From: Collinsella sp.
GTDB taxonomy: Bacteria; Actinomycetota; Coriobacteriia; Coriobacteriales; Coriobacteriaceae
Assembly: GCA_048472015.1 (NCBI GenBank)
Contig: DBGAZC010000075.1
Coordinates: 1 to 53,091 of the forward strand
Direction of reading: 5' to 3'
Length of the DNA stretch: 53,091 bases
Shown here one piece after another: positions 1-12,042 of the stretch (its first letter is position 1; every line of letters starts with the position of its first letter). The position numbers and the translations under genes are program-made. The notes beneath the pieces were generated by a model. That model was not told the origin of the DNA, ran no database searches, and worked only from the letters and a program-made list of their open reading frames with translations.

Positions 1-23
1 GAACCTAAACTCTCAGAGATAAG

Positions 24-50
24 AAATCTTATATGAATTGACTTAGATTT
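24..50. promoter_or_regulatory. Candidate HspR operator (divergent HAIR-like) upstream of dnaK
   Basis: AAATCTTATAT-N5-GACTTAGATTT; both 11-bp halves recur exactly at 8651-8677 upstream of clpB; contains TTGACT at 38-43. Confidence 0.75.
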
Positions 51-159
51 TGTATATTCCGGCCCATAAGGGGATACACTACATCCTGAAAGACAAGCCG
101 AAGCACCGCGCGGTAGACCGCCGAGGCGGCGCGAACGCACAAGAGAGAGGGAATTTCTA

Positions 160-2052
<1,893 letters not shown>

Positions 2053-2054
2053 TC

Positions 2055-2897
2055 ATGTCCGCCCGTAAAGCTCGCACGGAGGTGGCTGCCGCTGGCGCCG
2101 CCCCCGTTGACTCTGAGGAGAAGGACGTGAAGATTCCCGTAGAGGCCGTCGACGATACCGAGGCCAACGAGGCCGAGGCCGCCGAGGCTGCCGAGAACCA
2201 GGTAGAGGATTCCAACAAGGAGGCGACGATGACCGAGGACGAGATGGTGGAAGCCGCTATCCGCGCCGGTGAGGAAGCCGCCGACAACGACTTTAAGCTC
2301 AAGTTCGAGCAGGCCCAAAAGGAGCTTGCCGACGTGCGCAACGAGCTCGATGCTGCGGCAGAGGCTCAGAAGGCCGCCGAGGACAAGGCGAAGGACGCCA
2401 CCGAGCGTACCGCCCGTCTGCAGGCCGACTGGGAGAACTTCCGTCGCCGCACCGCCAATGAGCGTATCGCCGAGCGCGAGCGCGCGACCGAGAAGCTTGT
2501 CACCGCGCTGTTGCCGGTGATTGACGATATCGAGCGCGCGATCGACCATGCCCGCAGCCAAGAGCTTTCCGACGACTTTAAGCAGTTCGTCGATGGCGTT
2601 GACGCGGTACATGCCAAGCTGCTCGACGTGTTTGCGCACGAGGGCGTTGAGCCCATCGACCCCAAGGGCGAGGCGTTCGATCCGCTCGAGCACCAGGCTG
2701 TGGGTCGCGTCGAGGACGCATCGCAGTACGACGAGACCGTCAACGACGTGTACCAGAAGGGCTACCGCATGGCGGATCGCATCCTGCGTTCCGCGATGGT
2801 GACGGTGACCTACGGTGGCGAGAAGCGCCCCGCATCGGAGCCCGAAGCGGCGCCCGAGGATGCTTCGGCCGATACGGCCGAGAGCACCGAGGAGTAA
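2055..2897 (+). CDS. grpE: Nucleotide exchange factor GrpE
   Basis: RLQADWENFRRR, FDPLEHQA, QKGY..LRSAMV; directly after dnaK. Confidence 0.98.
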   Translation: MSARKARTEVAAAGAAPVDSEEKDVKIPVEAVDDTEANEAEAAEAAENQVEDSNKEATMTEDEMVEAAIRAGEEAADNDFKLKFEQAQKELADVRNELDAAAEAQKAAEDKAKDATERTARLQADWENFRRRTANERIAERERATEKLVTALLPVIDDIERAIDHARSQELSDDFKQFVDGVDAVHAKLLDVFAHEGVEPIDPKGEAFDPLEHQAVGRVEDASQYDETVNDVYQKGYRMADRILRSAMVTVTYGGEKRPASEPEAAPEDASADTAESTEE

Positions 2898-2900
2898 TTG

Positions 2901-2935
2901 AGAAGGGCCCCGGGGCAACACCCGGGGCCCTTTCT
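2901..2935 (+). terminator. GC-rich stem-loop between grpE and dnaJ (partial terminator or mRNA-stabilising hairpin)
   Basis: AGGGCCCCGGG-loop-CCCGGGGCCCT followed by a short T run. Confidence 0.6.
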
Positions 2936-3004
2936 GGCCTAGTGCCATATGAAAGCATGAGCCGCCGCCCGCTGGGCGGCGGATGAAACAGGAGAGGAGC
3001 TACG

Positions 3005-3970
3005 ATGGCTGCAGGCAAAACCTTCTATGACATCCTGGGCGTATCCAAGAGCGCCTCCGACAAAGAGATCAAGAGCGCGTTTCGTAAGCTCGCGCAAAAA
3101 TATCACCCCGATGCCGGCGGCGACGAGGCCAAGTTCAAGGAGATCAGCGAGGCCTACGAGACGCTTTCGGACGAGAAGAAGCGCAAAGAGTACGACCAGA
3201 TGCTCATGTTTGGCGGCATGCCGGGCGCAGGCGGCGCGTATAGCGGCGGTTACGGTGCCGGCGCGGGCGCCAGCGGCTGGGGCGACATCTTCGACAGCAT
3301 CTTTAGCGGCAACGGCGCCTGGGGCAGCGATTGGGGCTCGGGCTTTGCCGGGGCCGCGGGCGCTGCCGGTGCGGGCGCGGGCCGCAACCGCGCGCGCAAG
3401 GGCGGCGACCTGTCGCTGACTGTCGACGTAACTGCCGAGGACGCGTTTCGCGGCGTGACGCACAAGGTCACCTATCGCATTCCCTCGACAGGCGAGCAGC
3501 AGACCATTACGGTCTCGGTGCCCGCGGGCGCGGTCGACGGCGGCAAGCTACGCTACAAGCGTCGCGGCGAGTATGGCGTTGCGGGTGGCGAGCGCGGCGA
3601 CCTGGTCGTGATCACGCATGTGGAGGAGCACCCGCTGTTTAAGCGCAAAGGCGCCGACGTGACCATGGAGGTACCGGTCTCGGTCTACGAGGCGGCGCTC
3701 GGCTGCACGGTGGACGTGCCCACGCCCGGCGGTGCGACGGTCCGTTTGAAAGTGCCCGCGGGTACCCAGACGGGCAAGAAGTTCCGCTTTAAGGAGATGG
3801 GAGCGCCCGACGTTAAGCACCGTGGCCGTACGGGCGCGCTGCTCGTCGAGATCAAGGTGCAGGTCCCCACGAACCTATCCGATGACGAACGCGATGCCAT
3901 GACCAAGCTGCGCGAGGCCGACACGCGCGACTATCGCGAGAAGGTCAACCGTTACAAGGCGACGTACTAG
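3005..3970 (+). CDS. dnaJ: DnaJ-class co-chaperone, type II (no zinc finger)
   Basis: J-domain with HPD, G/F-rich region, DnaJ C-terminal domain; no CxxCxGxG repeats. Confidence 0.93.
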   Translation: MAAGKTFYDILGVSKSASDKEIKSAFRKLAQKYHPDAGGDEAKFKEISEAYETLSDEKKRKEYDQMLMFGGMPGAGGAYSGGYGAGAGASGWGDIFDSIFSGNGAWGSDWGSGFAGAAGAAGAGAGRNRARKGGDLSLTVDVTAEDAFRGVTHKVTYRIPSTGEQQTITVSVPAGAVDGGKLRYKRRGEYGVAGGERGDLVVITHVEEHPLFKRKGADVTMEVPVSVYEAALGCTVDVPTPGGATVRLKVPAGTQTGKKFRFKEMGAPDVKHRGRTGALLVEIKVQVPTNLSDDERDAMTKLREADTRDYREKVNRYKATY

Positions 3971-4042
3971 GGCGGTCGCGGCGCACGCCCGCGCCCGCGG
4001 GCTTATGATGGACGATAACGAGACGGAAAGGGGTCAGGTAGC

Positions 4043-4459
4043 ATGGCCGAGGACAATAGGAACAAACCGCTGTACATGATCAGCGTGGCGGCCGAGCTGA
4101 CCGGCATGCATCCGCAGACTCTGCGCGTCTACGAGTCCAAGGGCCTGGTGAATCCTCAGCGCTCGGGCGGTAACACGCGCCTGTATTCGCGTGCCGATAT
4201 CGAGCGTCTGGAACTCATCAACCAGCTGACCGACGAGGGCATCAACCTTGCCGGTGTGGTGCGTATCCTCGATATGAAGGAGCGCGCCGAGGAACGCGAG
4301 CGCGAGAACGAGAAGCTCCGCGCCCGCGTGCGCCAGCTCGAGGACGAGCTGCACGAGTACAAGATGCAGAAGAAGATCACCGCCCTGGCCCCGCGCGATG
4401 GCTCGGTTAACCCCGAGCAAGTCATGCGCAAGCTGCTGGGTGCCGGAGGAGATCTCTAG
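4043..4459 (+). CDS. hspR: Heat-shock repressor HspR (MerR family)
   Basis: YMISVAAELTGMHPQTLRVYE, RSGGNTRLYS, GINLAGV; last gene of the dnaK operon. Confidence 0.96.
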   Translation: MAEDNRNKPLYMISVAAELTGMHPQTLRVYESKGLVNPQRSGGNTRLYSRADIERLELINQLTDEGINLAGVVRILDMKERAEERERENEKLRARVRQLEDELHEYKMQKKITALAPRDGSVNPEQVMRKLLGAGGDL

Positions 4460-4487
4460 GTTACGCCGTTCTGCCGAACGGCGTAAC
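4460..4487. terminator. Perfect 12-bp hairpin immediately after hspR
   Basis: GTTACGCCGTTC-TGCC-GAACGGCGTAAC; no U tract. Confidence 0.5.
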
Positions 4488-4500
4488 GGCTCGACGCTGC

Positions 4501-4600
4501 GCGACGTCCAGAGCGACAATTTGTCATTCAAAAGGCAAGGCATGACCAGAAGGTCTATGCCTTGCCTTTTTCATGCCAACTTGTTCGCTCTGGACGTCGC
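4501..4600. repeat. ~100-bp imperfect palindrome
   Basis: GCGACGTCCAGAGCGA...AAAAGGCAAGGCAT-GACC-AGAA-GGTC-TATGCCTTGCCTTTT...TCGCTCTGGACGTCGC. Confidence 0.85.
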
Positions 4601-4807
4601 TCGCTGTCCGTCCTCAACCTGCGACGTCGCTTTGGCTGGCACTTTGGGACACTCCTTGTTAGGAGAGTGATGCAAGGGGCTCGTCCTTTACTTTACCGAG
4701 ATAAAGTGAACGTGCAGATTCGTAACCCACTCGCAACTGTTCTATGGCACGATATTGAATGAATGTATGCTATGCGCCCGAGCCTTTCGGGCAGAGTGGG
4801 AGACAGT

Positions 4808-7108
4808 ATGGTTAAGCTGTACGAGGACGGCATCTACCTGCGCGGTGGCAGCGAGGTCGTGCCCGCGGCCGAGGCTGCCGAGCGCGGTATTACGCAGACG
4901 CCCGAGGATGCCAAGCGTGGCACCATCGCGTATTCGATCCTTCAGGCACACAACACGTCCGGCGACCCCGAGGCGCTCAAGATTCGCTTCGATGCCATGG
5001 CGAGCCACGACATCACCTTTGTCGGCATCATCCAGACGGCGCGCGCCTCGGGCATGGAGCAGTTCCCGCTGCCCTACGTGCTTACCAACTGCCATAACTC
5101 GCTGTGCGCCGTGGGCGGCACCATCAACGAGGACGACCATGTCTTTGGCCTTTCCGCGGCCAAGAAGTACGGCGGCATCTTCGTTCCGCCGCACATCGCC
5201 GTCATCCACTCCTTTATGCGTGAGAACTTCGCCGGCTGCGGCAAGATGATCTTGGGCTCCGACTCGCACACCCGCTACGGCGCTCTGGGCACCATGGCCG
5301 TGGGCGAGGGCGGTGGCGAGCTGGCAAAGCAGCTGCTGCGCGACACCTACGACGTTGCCTATCCCGGCGTCGTCGCCATCTACCTCACGGGCGCCCCGCG
5401 TCCCGGCGTCGGCCCGCACGACGTGGCGCTCGCCATCATCCGTGTCGTCTTTGCCAAGGGTTACGTTAAGAACAAGGTCATGGAGTTCGTGGGCCCCGGT
5501 ATCGCGAGCATGACGACCGACTACCGCAACGGCGTCGACGTCATGACCACCGAGACCACCTGCCTGTCGAGCATCTGGGCCACCGACGAGGACACGCACG
5601 CGTTTTTGACCATGCACGGCCGCGGCGACGACTACCGCGAGCTCAAGCCCGCCGATGTTGCCTACTACGACGGCTGCGTCGAGGTCGATCTGTCGAGCAT
5701 CAAGCCCATGATCGCGCTGCCGTTCCATCCTTCCAACGGCTTTGAGATTGACGAGCTCAACGAGAACCTCGAGGACATCCTGCATGAGGTGGAGCTTGAG
5801 GCCGTCAAGATCGGCGAGGGCAAGACGCACTTTAGTCTGCTCGACAAGATCATCGACGGCAAGCTGCACGTGCAGCAGGGCGTTATCGCCGGCTGCTCGG
5901 GCGGCAACTACGACTCCGTGGTCCAGGCTGCCCGCGTGCTCAAGGGCGCCAACACCGGTTGCGGCGAGTTCTCGCTGTCGGTCTATCCCACGAGCCAGCC
6001 CGTGGCACTCGAGCTTACACGCCGCGGCTACATCTACGACCTTATGGAGGCCGGCGCGATTGTGCGCACGGCATTCTGCGGCCCGTGCTTCGGCGCCGGC
6101 GACACGCCTGCCAACAACGGTCTGTCCATCCGCCACACCACGCGCAACTTCCCCAACCGCGAGGGTTCCAAGCCGGGCAATGGCCAGCTGAGCGCCGTGG
6201 CCCTGATGGACGCTCGCTCCATTGCGGCGACGGCTGCCAACGGCGGCGTCCTGATGCCGGCGACCGACCTGCCCGAGGAGACTTGGGACGAGGCCTGCGA
6301 GTACACCTTTGACGACGCGCCGTACAAAAAGCGCGTGTATTGGGGCTTTGGCAAGGCGGAGCCTGCCGACGAACTGGTCGAGGGTCCCAACATCAAGCCG
6401 TGGCCCGCGATGGAGCCCCTCGGCGACGATATCCTGCTCAAGGTGTGCTCTAAGATCATGGACCCGGTCACCACGACTGACGAGCTCATTCCTTCGGGCG
6501 AGACGAGCTCCTTCCGCTCCAACCCGCTGGGCCTGGCAGAGTTTACGCTGAGCCGCCGCGACCCGGCCTACGTGGGCCGTTCCAAGGAGGTCGACGCCGT
6601 GGAGAAGCGCCGCGTGGCTGGCGAGTCCGCGGGTGACCTGGCAGCACTCGATGCCGAGCTTGCCAGCGTGTTTGAGGCACTGGCAGGCGCGGGTGTCGCG
6701 GCCGATGCCAAGGCGACCGAGTACGGCTCCATGCTCTATGCCAAGAAGCCCGGTGACGGTTCTGCCCGCGAGCAGGCCGCGAGCTGCCAGCGCGTAATTG
6801 GCGGCCTGGCCAACATCGTCCACGAGTACGCCACCAAGCGCTATCGCTCCAACGTGATGAACTGGGGCATGGTGCCCTTCCAGATGGAGGCCGAGCCCAG
6901 CTTTGAGGTGGGCGACTACGTTTTTGTGCCGGGTATCCGCGCCGCGCTCGACGGCGACCTGAAGGACATCGTCGCTTACGTGGTTCGCGCCGATGGTGCG
7001 GTCGAGCAGATTGAGCTCTACATTGCCGATATGACGGCAGAGGAGCGTGCCATCGTCAAGGCCGGCTGCCTGATCAACTACAACAAGTTCAAGGCCGCTG
7101 CCGAGTAA
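4808..7108 (+). CDS. ybhJ: Aconitase-family hydratase (YbhJ-like)
   Basis: [54 protein letters not shown]; start placed at the ATG after GGGAG. Confidence 0.9.
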   Translation: MVKLYEDGIYLRGGSEVVPAAEAAERGITQTPEDAKRGTIAYSILQAHNTSGDPEALKIRFDAMASHDITFVGIIQTARASGMEQFPLPYVLTNCHNSLCAVGGTINEDDHVFGLSAAKKYGGIFVPPHIAVIHSFMRENFAGCGKMILGSDSHTRYGALGTMAVGEGGGELAKQLLRDTYDVAYPGVVAIYLTGAPRPGVGPHDVALAIIRVVFAKGYVKNKVMEFVGPGIASMTTDYRNGVDVMTTETTCLSSIWATDEDTHAFLTMHGRGDDYRELKPADVAYYDGCVEVDLSSIKPMIALPFHPSNGFEIDELNENLEDILHEVELEAVKIGEGKTHFSLLDKIIDGKLHVQQGVIAGCSGGNYDSVVQAARVLKGANTGCGEFSLSVYPTSQPVALELTRRGYIYDLMEAGAIVRTAFCGPCFGAGDTPANNGLSIRHTTRNFPNREGSKPGNGQLSAVALMDARSIAATAANGGVLMPATDLPEETWDEACEYTFDDAPYKKRVYWGFGKAEPADELVEGPNIKPWPAMEPLGDDILLKVCSKIMDPVTTTDELIPSGETSSFRSNPLGLAEFTLSRRDPAYVGRSKEVDAVEKRRVAGESAGDLAALDAELASVFEALAGAGVAADAKATEYGSMLYAKKPGDGSAREQAASCQRVIGGLANIVHEYATKRYRSNVMNWGMVPFQMEAEPSFEVGDYVFVPGIRAALDGDLKDIVAYVVRADGAVEQIELYIADMTAEERAIVKAGCLINYNKFKAAAE

Positions 7109-7119
7109 CTCTGCTGTAC

Positions 7120-7191
7120 GCCCCTGCCACACCTTTCCCTCGTGCTCACGCGCTTCGCGAGGGTCGCCCGAGGGAAAGGTGTGGCAGGGGC
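7120..7191. terminator. Long hairpin after the hydratase gene
   Basis: GCCCCTGCCACACCTTTCCCTCG ... CGAGGGAAAGGTGTGGCAGGGGC, 23-bp stem. Confidence 0.6.
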
Positions 7192-7283
7192 TACCGCGAC
7201 GTTTTCGTTGGGTCTTGAGGGACGCTAATAAATAGGCTTGCTTGATGCCGCCTCTGTTATCGGGGCGGCTTCTTTTTGTCGAG

Positions 7284-7504
7284 AACCACCACAAAGGGGA
7301 CAGGCACCTTTGTGGTGGTCCCGTTTGTCTCGACCTGTAACATCTGGGCCCTATTTGACGAGCGGTTGTTACAGATTGAGACAAACGATCGCCGCCGATC
7401 ATTTCATCTCAATCTGTAACATCTAGGATCGAAAAGGGCCGCTAGATGTTACAGATCGAGACAGTGGAACATCGGAGCCGAAACCACCACAAAGGTGCCT
7501 GCCC
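7284..7504. repeat. Palindromic repeat cluster 1 (two units) enclosed by CAGGCACCTTTGTGGTGGT / ACCACCACAAAGGTGCCTG inverted repeats
   Basis: Units at 7322-7387 and 7402-7465 of the form TCTCGATCTGTAACATCT-N19-AGATGTTACAGATYGAGA. Confidence 0.9.
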
Positions 7505-7513
7505 GGCGGGACC

Positions 7514-8161
7514 TTATTTCGATGGGGTCCAGGTTATTTCATCGTCAAATAGCCAAGTGCGTGCCGAGCCACTGTTGCGCGCTGTCTGCGGATCGGGCTC
7601 GCAGGTTTGTTCGTAGGCATCCTCGGTACACCGATCCATAAAATCGACGACTGCCGTCTGGTCGCCCTCCATGACGTAGATTACGTCGCCATCCGAGATA
7701 TAGACCCCCGGTCCTTCATTGTCCACGCAGCCGGGGTCGTATGAGACGTTGCACAATTTGCTCCCGTTTGCCGCATCGAGCTCAAGGGTCGAATAATACC
7801 CGCCAACCATTTGGCCGTTCTTGGCTCGATATGTTGCGGCACCGTACCACCGCTTAAACGTCTTGCCTTTGAGTAAACTGGTTGCCTTGCCGATAAGCTG
7901 CTCATCTTTGGTGTAGCGCCTGGCCCCAAGTTCGATACGGGGATAGTTGCTGACCCCAAGCGCTGCGGGCGTACCGTCAAAATCGACGGTGATCGAATCG
8001 GGTTTGACGATATCGGTGAGGACCTCGATGGGATAGCTTACGGTCTCAACCGCCGCCTGCGTCGCAGAGGCGGGGAGAAATGCGAGATAGATAATTCCTA
8101 CGCCGACTGCGGTAATCGCAAACGCTAAGACGAGCAGGCCGATATAGGTGGAGCGTTTCAC
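7514..8161 (-). CDS. Hypothetical membrane-anchored/exported protein
   Basis: ORF with N-terminal hydrophobic helix (YIGLLVLAFAITAVGVGIIYLAFL); GTG start after GAGG (alternative ATG at 8188); appears more AT-rich than neighbours. Confidence 0.75.
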   Translation of the reverse strand: MKRSTYIGLLVLAFAITAVGVGIIYLAFLPASATQAAVETVSYPIEVLTDIVKPDSITVDFDGTPAALGVSNYPRIELGARRYTKDEQLIGKATSLLKGKTFKRWYGAATYRAKNGQMVGGYYSTLELDAANGSKLCNVSYDPGCVDNEGPGVYISDGDVIYVMEGDQTAVVDFMDRCTEDAYEQTCEPDPQTARNSGSARTWLFDDEITWTPSK

Positions 8162-8369
8162 GGCGGGTACCTCGCAAACAGTATGCATTCATTAAGATAA
8201 GTGATACCAGCTTACGACAATATTCAAAAGAAAGCGATCGATCGAAATGACGGGGTGAAAAGGCCCTATTGGGTTTCGATTTGACCTCTAATAGGAATAT
8301 TTGCCCCACTCATTCTGGGCGAGAGGTCAATAATTGAGTCCACGAGTTTTGAGCGATACTCTTCTCACT

Positions 8370-8591
8370 AAATCTCGATTTGTAACATCTTGGCCGCTAA
8401 AAGTGGGCCTGGTGTTACAGATTTAGATTTTCGATTCAGGTGTCTTCTGTTCGTCTCGATTTGTAACAGATAGAGCTCTATTTGCCGAGTAGATGTTACA
8501 GATTGAGACAAACGGGTGCCGCTGAACAATTCGTCTCGATCTGTAACATCTGGAGCCAGAAACGGTCGATAGATGTTACAGATCGAGATAA
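8370..8591. repeat. Palindromic repeat cluster 2 (three units, ~80-bp period)
   Basis: Units at 8370-8430, 8449-8513, 8530-8591 with the same arms as cluster 1. Confidence 0.9.
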
Positions 8592-8650
8592 CTAGGGGAT
8601 GAGGTCGCAGCTGGTGAGCGGGTCTGTCCCCTATCTCTTGATCACTCAGA

Positions 8651-8677
8651 AAATCTTATATATAGAGACTTAGATTT
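8651..8677. promoter_or_regulatory. Candidate HspR operator upstream of clpB
   Basis: AAATCTTATAT-ATAGA-GACTTAGATTT; halves identical to the site at 24-50. Confidence 0.75.
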
Positions 8678-8766
8678 GTGTATAAGATCGCGCAAAGCTG
8701 GCAACAATACTTCTCGAACAACGTGAAGCCGCCCCGTAGGGCGGCCGCCCCAAGAGAGGTGATTCC

Positions 8767-11394
8767 ATGAGAATCGATAAGCTAGCAATGACGTCGCGCG
8801 AGGCGCTGCAGACCGCCATGAGCACGGCTGCCGATGCGCAGGCCGGCGCGGTGGAGCCGATCCACCTGCTGTCTGCCCTGCTTGGTGCCGGCGAGCGCAA
8901 TATCTCCGTGATTATCGAGCGCATCGGTGCCGACCCAGCTCAGCTCGCACGTTCCACACAGGATGCCATCGACCACGCGCCCAAGGTTTCGGGCGAGGGT
9001 CAGCAGATGGGTCTTTCCAATGAGCTTGTCCGCGTCATCGAGAAGGCCGAGAAAAAGGCCACCAAGATGGGCGACAGCTTTGTGGTGACCGAGCATTTGC
9101 TGATGGCGCTTGCCGAGGACAAGGGTGAGGCTGGTCGTGTACTGCGTGACGCTGGCGTGACCAAGGAGCGCATCGAGCAGGTCTACGAGGAGCTGCGTGG
9201 CGATGACCGCGTGACGTCTGCCGAGGACAAGACCCAGTTTGAGGCGCTGGAGCAGTACGGCCGCAATATCTGCGACCTCGCCCGTGCCGGCAAGCTCGAC
9301 CCGGTCATCGGCCGTACCGACGAGATCCGTCGTACCATCCAGGTCCTGTCCCGTCGCACCAAGAACAACCCCGTGCTCATCGGCGAGCCGGGCGTCGGCA
9401 AGACGGCCATCGTCGAGGGTATCGCCCAGCGTATCGTGGCCGGCGACGTTCCGAGCACCCTGCGTGACCGCGACCTCATCGAGCTTGACATGAGCGCGCT
9501 GGTCGCCGGTGCCAAGTACCGCGGCGAGTTCGAGGACCGCTTGAAGGCCGTGCTCAAGGAGGTACAGAAGTCCGAGGGCAAGGTCATCCTGTTCATCGAT
9601 GAGCTCCACACCATCGTGGGCGCGGGTGCCACTGAGGGCTCCATGGACGCCGGTAACATCCTCAAGCCGGCGCTCGCCCGTGGCGACCTGCATGCGATCG
9701 GCGCGACCACGCTCGACGAATACCGCAAGTACATCGAGAAGGACGCGGCGCTCGCGCGTCGTTTCCAGACCGTTATGGTGAGCGAGCCTACCGTCGAGGA
9801 CACCATCTCGATCCTGCGTGGCCTCAAGGAGAAGTACGAGATCTTCCACGGCGTGCACATCACCGATAGCGCGCTCGTGGCCGCCGCCGACCTCTCTGAT
9901 CGCTATATCGCCGACCGCTTCCTGCCCGACAAGGCCATCGACCTGGTCGATGAGGCGGCAAGCCGTCTGCGCATGGAGCTCGACAGCATGCCGGTCGAGA
10001 TTGACGCCACCACGCGTCAGCTCACCCAGCTGCAGATCGAGGAGCAGGCGCTCATGAAGGAGACCGACGATGCCTCCAGGGAACGTCTGGAGGCTCTGCG
10101 CCAGGAGATTGCCGAGGTCCAGGAAAAACTCAACGTGCAAAAGGCTGGCTGGCTCAACCAGAAGAACGCCATCGACCACGTGCAGGAGCTCAAGGGCCAG
10201 CTTGACGAGGCCAGGAGCGAAGAGGAGCGCGCAACGCGCAATGGCGATCTGGGCCGTGCGTCCGAGCTGCGCTATTCCGTGATCCCGGGTCTGCAGCAGC
10301 AGATTCAGGATTCCGAGGCTGCGCTCGAGGCGCAAAAGCAGCAGGACGGCGAGGGCCTCAACGAACAGGTGACCTCCGATGAGATCGCCGAGGTCGTGAG
10401 CGCCTGGACCGGTGTGCCCGTCTCCAAGATGATGCAGGGCGAGCTCGACAAGCTGAAGGGCCTGGAGGGCGAGCTGCATAAGCGCGTCATCGGCCAGGAC
10501 GAGGCGGTCTCCGCCGTCGCCGCAGCTGTGCGCCGCAGCCGTGCGGGCCTCTCCGATCCAGACAAGCCCATCGGCAGCTTCTTCTTCCTGGGCCCCACCG
10601 GCGTGGGCAAGACCGAGCTCGCCAAGGCGCTTGCCGAGTGCCTGTTCGACGACGAGCGCGCGCTCGTGCGTATCGACATGTCCGAGTACATGGAGAAGTT
10701 CAGCGTCCAGCGTCTGATCGGTGCGCCCCCGGGATACGTGGGTTATGACGAGGGCGGCCAGCTCACCGAGGCCGTGCGCCGTCGTCCGTACTCCGTAATC
10801 TTGCTCGACGAGATGGAGAAGGCCCATCCGGATGTCTTCAACGTGCTGCTGCAGGTGCTCGACGACGGCCGCCTGACCGATGGCCAGGGTCGCCAGGTGT
10901 CCTTCAAGAACACGATTATCATCATGACGTCTAACGTGGGTTCCAAGGCTATCGCCGAGCTTTCCGGCAAGGACGAGGAGGAGATGCGCCATCAGGTCGA
11001 CGCGGCCATGGCTCAGACCTTCCGCCCCGAGTTCCTCAACCGTATCGACGATATCGTGGTGTTCCATCCGCTCGGCATGGCGCAGATTGAGAAGATTGTC
11101 GACATCCAGCTTGCCGACGTCCGCGCGCGTCTGGCCAAGGAGCGCATGACGCTTGCCATCACCCCGGCGGCCAAGCAGATGCTCGCCGTGGGCGGCCTGG
11201 ACCCCGTGTTTGGCGCCCGTCCGCTCAAGCGTCTGGTTCAGCGCGAGGTCGTGGATGCCATCGCCGCCGCTATCATCGACGGCACGGTGCGCGAGGGCGA
11301 TCAGGTGACGGTCGATGTCGACAAGGACGGCGGCTTTACCGTCGTGTGCGACAATACGCCGGCGGCCACCTACGAGGTCCCCGACGCCGAGTAG
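8767..11394 (+). CDS. clpB: ATP-dependent chaperone ClpB
   Basis: Clp N domain, GEPGVGKT and GPTGVGKT Walker A motifs, coiled-coil middle domain, RIDMSEY, GARPLKR. Confidence 0.98.
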   Translation: MRIDKLAMTSREALQTAMSTAADAQAGAVEPIHLLSALLGAGERNISVIIERIGADPAQLARSTQDAIDHAPKVSGEGQQMGLSNELVRVIEKAEKKATKMGDSFVVTEHLLMALAEDKGEAGRVLRDAGVTKERIEQVYEELRGDDRVTSAEDKTQFEALEQYGRNICDLARAGKLDPVIGRTDEIRRTIQVLSRRTKNNPVLIGEPGVGKTAIVEGIAQRIVAGDVPSTLRDRDLIELDMSALVAGAKYRGEFEDRLKAVLKEVQKSEGKVILFIDELHTIVGAGATEGSMDAGNILKPALARGDLHAIGATTLDEYRKYIEKDAALARRFQTVMVSEPTVEDTISILRGLKEKYEIFHGVHITDSALVAAADLSDRYIADRFLPDKAIDLVDEAASRLRMELDSMPVEIDATTRQLTQLQIEEQALMKETDDASRERLEALRQEIAEVQEKLNVQKAGWLNQKNAIDHVQELKGQLDEARSEEERATRNGDLGRASELRYSVIPGLQQQIQDSEAALEAQKQQDGEGLNEQVTSDEIAEVVSAWTGVPVSKMMQGELDKLKGLEGELHKRVIGQDEAVSAVAAAVRRSRAGLSDPDKPIGSFFFLGPTGVGKTELAKALAECLFDDERALVRIDMSEYMEKFSVQRLIGAPPGYVGYDEGGQLTEAVRRRPYSVILLDEMEKAHPDVFNVLLQVLDDGRLTDGQGRQVSFKNTIIIMTSNVGSKAIAELSGKDEEEMRHQVDAAMAQTFRPEFLNRIDDIVVFHPLGMAQIEKIVDIQLADVRARLAKERMTLAITPAAKQMLAVGGLDPVFGARPLKRLVQREVVDAIAAAIIDGTVREGDQVTVDVDKDGGFTVVCDNTPAATYEVPDAE

Positions 11395-11439
11395 ATTTTT
11401 GGGAGATGCCTTAAAACCTGCCAGTCGTCTCTAAACGCC

Positions 11440-11476
11440 AAGGGCGGCGGATCCAATTGGGTCCGCCGCCCTTTTT
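11440..11476 (+). terminator. Intrinsic terminator of clpB
   Basis: AGGGCGGCGGATCC-AATT-GGGTCCGCCGCCCT then TTTT. Confidence 0.85.
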
Positions 11477-11520
11477 CGTGCGACAATCGATGATGTTGAG
11501 CGGATGCGATGCAAGGAGCT

Positions 11521-11721
11521 ATGCAGATGAAAGACGAGAACAAGACGAACGCACCGGCGGCTGAGGCAGTGCCCGCCGCACCCAAGCCTGCGCCTAAACC
11601 GGCGCCCAAGCCGCGCGACCCCTACATCCGCGCCGAGAACGAGGACGACGACGGCTACGATCCCTACAGCGATCGCCGCCCCGAGCGCGAGCCGATGTTC
11701 GAAGCCGACCCGTGGCGCTGA
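11521..11721 (+). CDS. Small hypothetical protein (~66 aa)
   Basis: AAGGAG RBS, GC3-rich codons, PAPK repeats, acidic DDDGYDPYSDR motif. Confidence 0.7.
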   Translation: MQMKDENKTNAPAAEAVPAAPKPAPKPAPKPRDPYIRAENEDDDGYDPYSDRRPEREPMFEADPWR

Positions 11722-11745
11722 GTGCCACCCAAAAGGCCACCAATA

Positions 11746-11812
11746 AGTTGCGGTGAAATAGGGACTGTTTTGCGGTTTGACCAGCAAAAACAGCCCCTAT
11801 TTCACCGCAACT
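11746..11812. repeat. Long intergenic palindrome
   Basis: AGTTGCGGTGAAATAGGGACTGTTTT ... AAAACAGCCCCTATTTCACCGCAACT. Confidence 0.85.
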
Positions 11813-11974
11813 GCGTTAGGGATTTTTCTACAGGGGGAGGGTAGTCAAAAAAGCCCCGTCCCAAATCGACTGTCCAGGGAGTCGCATTCGAGCTTGGTTG
11901 TCCTCTCAGCCACTCGGCATCCTTCGAGCAGTAATAGTGAAAAAACTTGCTTAAGTGTTAATCAAGTCAGACAT

Positions 11975-12034
11975 AATCTTGCTCTCTAATTAATCAAGAA
12001 TCGCTATAATTTTGATTAGATAGAGAGCAAGATT
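11975..12034. promoter_or_regulatory. Inverted repeat straddling a TATAAT box upstream of the AAA ATPase
   Basis: AATCTTGCTCTCTA..TAATCAA / TTGATTA..TAGAGAGCAAGATT with TATAAT at 12005-12010. Confidence 0.65.
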
Positions 12035-12042
12035 GGAGAATC

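Noticed and set aside
7322..8591. CRISPR interpretation of the repeat arrays
   Set aside because: Arms alternate in orientation, spacers are only ~19-25 nt, copies are degenerate and no cas genes are present; reported as palindromic repeats instead.
4742..11067. Long antisense ORFs opposite the hydratase (886 aa) and clpB (761 aa), and similar ones opposite the oxidoreductase, man and levR genes
   Set aside because: In-register mirrors of real genes; GC3 bias removes antisense stop codons; no recognisable domains.
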